Below are positions 62,728-64,000 of a DNA stretch of 64,000 bases, in pieces; within the stretch, counting starts at the first letter, position 1, and each line of letters begins with the position of its first letter. The DNA comes from Carcharhinus longimanus (Eukaryota), in assembly GCA_030264375.1 (NCBI GenBank), contig JASCQW010000105.1, positions 50,277,107 through 50,341,106 of the forward strand, given 5' to 3'. The position numbers and the translations under genes are program-made. The notes beneath the pieces are model-generated. The model worked only from the letters and a program-made list of their open reading frames with translations. It was not told the DNA's origin and did no database searches.

Positions 62728-63554
62728 TATGTATTGAGCAGCATACAACTGATAACCCAAGTATGAAGTTCTGAAATGTTTTCCAGAAATACCTTTTGGC
62801 AATTTGATGCAATATTTCTGTCTCCCTCTATTTTTCCATTTTCTAGGCCTGTATCATTTGTGAATATCTTTTCACGATTGTCCCAGCCATGCAGTCAACA
62901 ATAATTGATAGGCCAATCTATTGCATCAGTTTTAATTCCATTCTCCTCCATATTGAATTGTCTTGAGTTGCTGATTAACTATTTTGAGCATGCTCATTGA
63001 AAACGCACACAAGTGAGAAATTGGAGGCATGTTCCTGTCCCAGTAATGCATCTGAAATAAAATTGATGAAGTGGCCTGGTAACAAAGAACAATGCATAAG
63101 CTATTGGTTTAATAAGTCCATTTTATTTAATATCCATTCCCTTTGAGATTTGGAACCTTTAGAGGCATGTTATCAGTGAGATATTCTTGCATGTTAAAAC
63201 ATTAGTGCAAGATTGTGAGAGGCTGCATAAATTATATTGGTTGTGACTGGTGATATTTTGATAGAGTGATAGAATTGAATGTGAAATTTAAACACAGCGA
63301 TACTGTCCGAGGCAATGCATTTGTAACTGATACTCGTGGAAGTTTCTTTAATTTTCACTGATATTTAATTTGATTCACATGGACTAACTATATGTTACTT
63401 TAATCACATATTTGAGTATGGACCTTCCAAAAATTAACTTGGTGGTGAAGTTGACTTTTCAAAATCAGGTGTATAGTTAACATATTGTCGAACCTCAGAG
63501 GGAAGGAGAAAGAAAACTAGACATAATCTGTTGAATGCAATACCCCATTAACAT

Positions 63555-63798
63555 TTTTATAATTCATTCGTGGGATGTAGAAAATGATAACCAGGTCAGG
63601 GTTTATTGTCTATCCCTAATTTCCCTTGAAAAGGTGGTGGTGAGCTGCCTTCTTGAACCACTGCAATTTCTGTGGTGTGGTTACATCCACAGTGCTGTTA
63701 GTGAGGGAGTTGCAGGATTTTGATCCAGCGACAGTGAAGAATTAGCCCACGTCAGGATGGTGGCTAACTTGGCATGGAGCTTCTAGCTGGTGGTTTTG
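63555..63798 (-). mobile_element. 3' end of a CR1-group LINE (48420 family)
   Basis: attcattcgtgggatg...tttattgtctatccctaatttcccttgaaaaggtggtggtgagctgccttcttgaacc. Confidence 0.88.
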
Positions 63799-63800
63799 AC

Positions 63801-64000
63801 TCATAGAATCCTTACAGTACAGAAGGAGGCCATTCAGCCCATTGAGTCTGTACCTAGCACAATCCCACCCAGGCCCTATTCTGCAACCCCGCGCATTTAC
63901 CCTACTAATCCCTCTGACATTAGGGTCAATTTAGCATGGCCAATCAACCCATGCAGATATGGGGAGAATGGGCAAAATTCACACAAACAGTGACCTGAGG
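63801..64000 (-). mobile_element. HE1/V-SINE, runs off the window
   Basis: tcatagaatccttacagtacagaaggaggccattcagccc...caatttagcatggccaatc. Confidence 0.92.

Noticed and set aside
7890-63195. TGCATG (RBFOX) motifs
   Set aside because: About a dozen were noticed, no more than expected for a hexamer in 64 kb, and they are not clustered.
1-64000. Short ORFs in the six-frame track as cellular genes
   Set aside because: All are under 170 aa and many span N gaps. The interpretable ones are CR1, L2, Harbinger or SINE translations, and none resembles a cellular protein I recognise.

Overview
Eukaryotic, AT-rich, repeat-dense non-coding DNA from a draft assembly with 13 N-gaps. The repeats are characteristic of an elasmobranch (shark), probably a carcharhiniform (inference from the HE1 SINE variants). 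They include about 12 HE1/V-SINE copies with two different 3' tails, Deu-domain SINEs, many CR1 and L2 LINE fragments (two CR1 families look young), and solo LTRs. There are also Penelope-like pseudo-LTR fold-backs carrying hammerhead-ribozyme motifs, a decayed PIF/Harbinger transposon (Myb/SANT ORF plus transposase C-terminus) and a family of short Harbinger-type MITEs. No intact or recognisable cellular protein-coding gene, tRNA or rRNA was found. The ORFs that can be interpreted are transposon debris, and the rest look like chance frames, so the window is most likely a large intron or intergenic region. Best second-look items: Penelope hammerhead fold-backs, a V-SINE tail swap, a composite inverted-plus-direct templated duplication, multi-tier nested insertions, a full-length CTCF site and a few weak exon candidates. 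I do not see convincing evidence of a wholly new biological system. Family names come from recalled consensus sequences, not a database search, and most boundaries are approximate.
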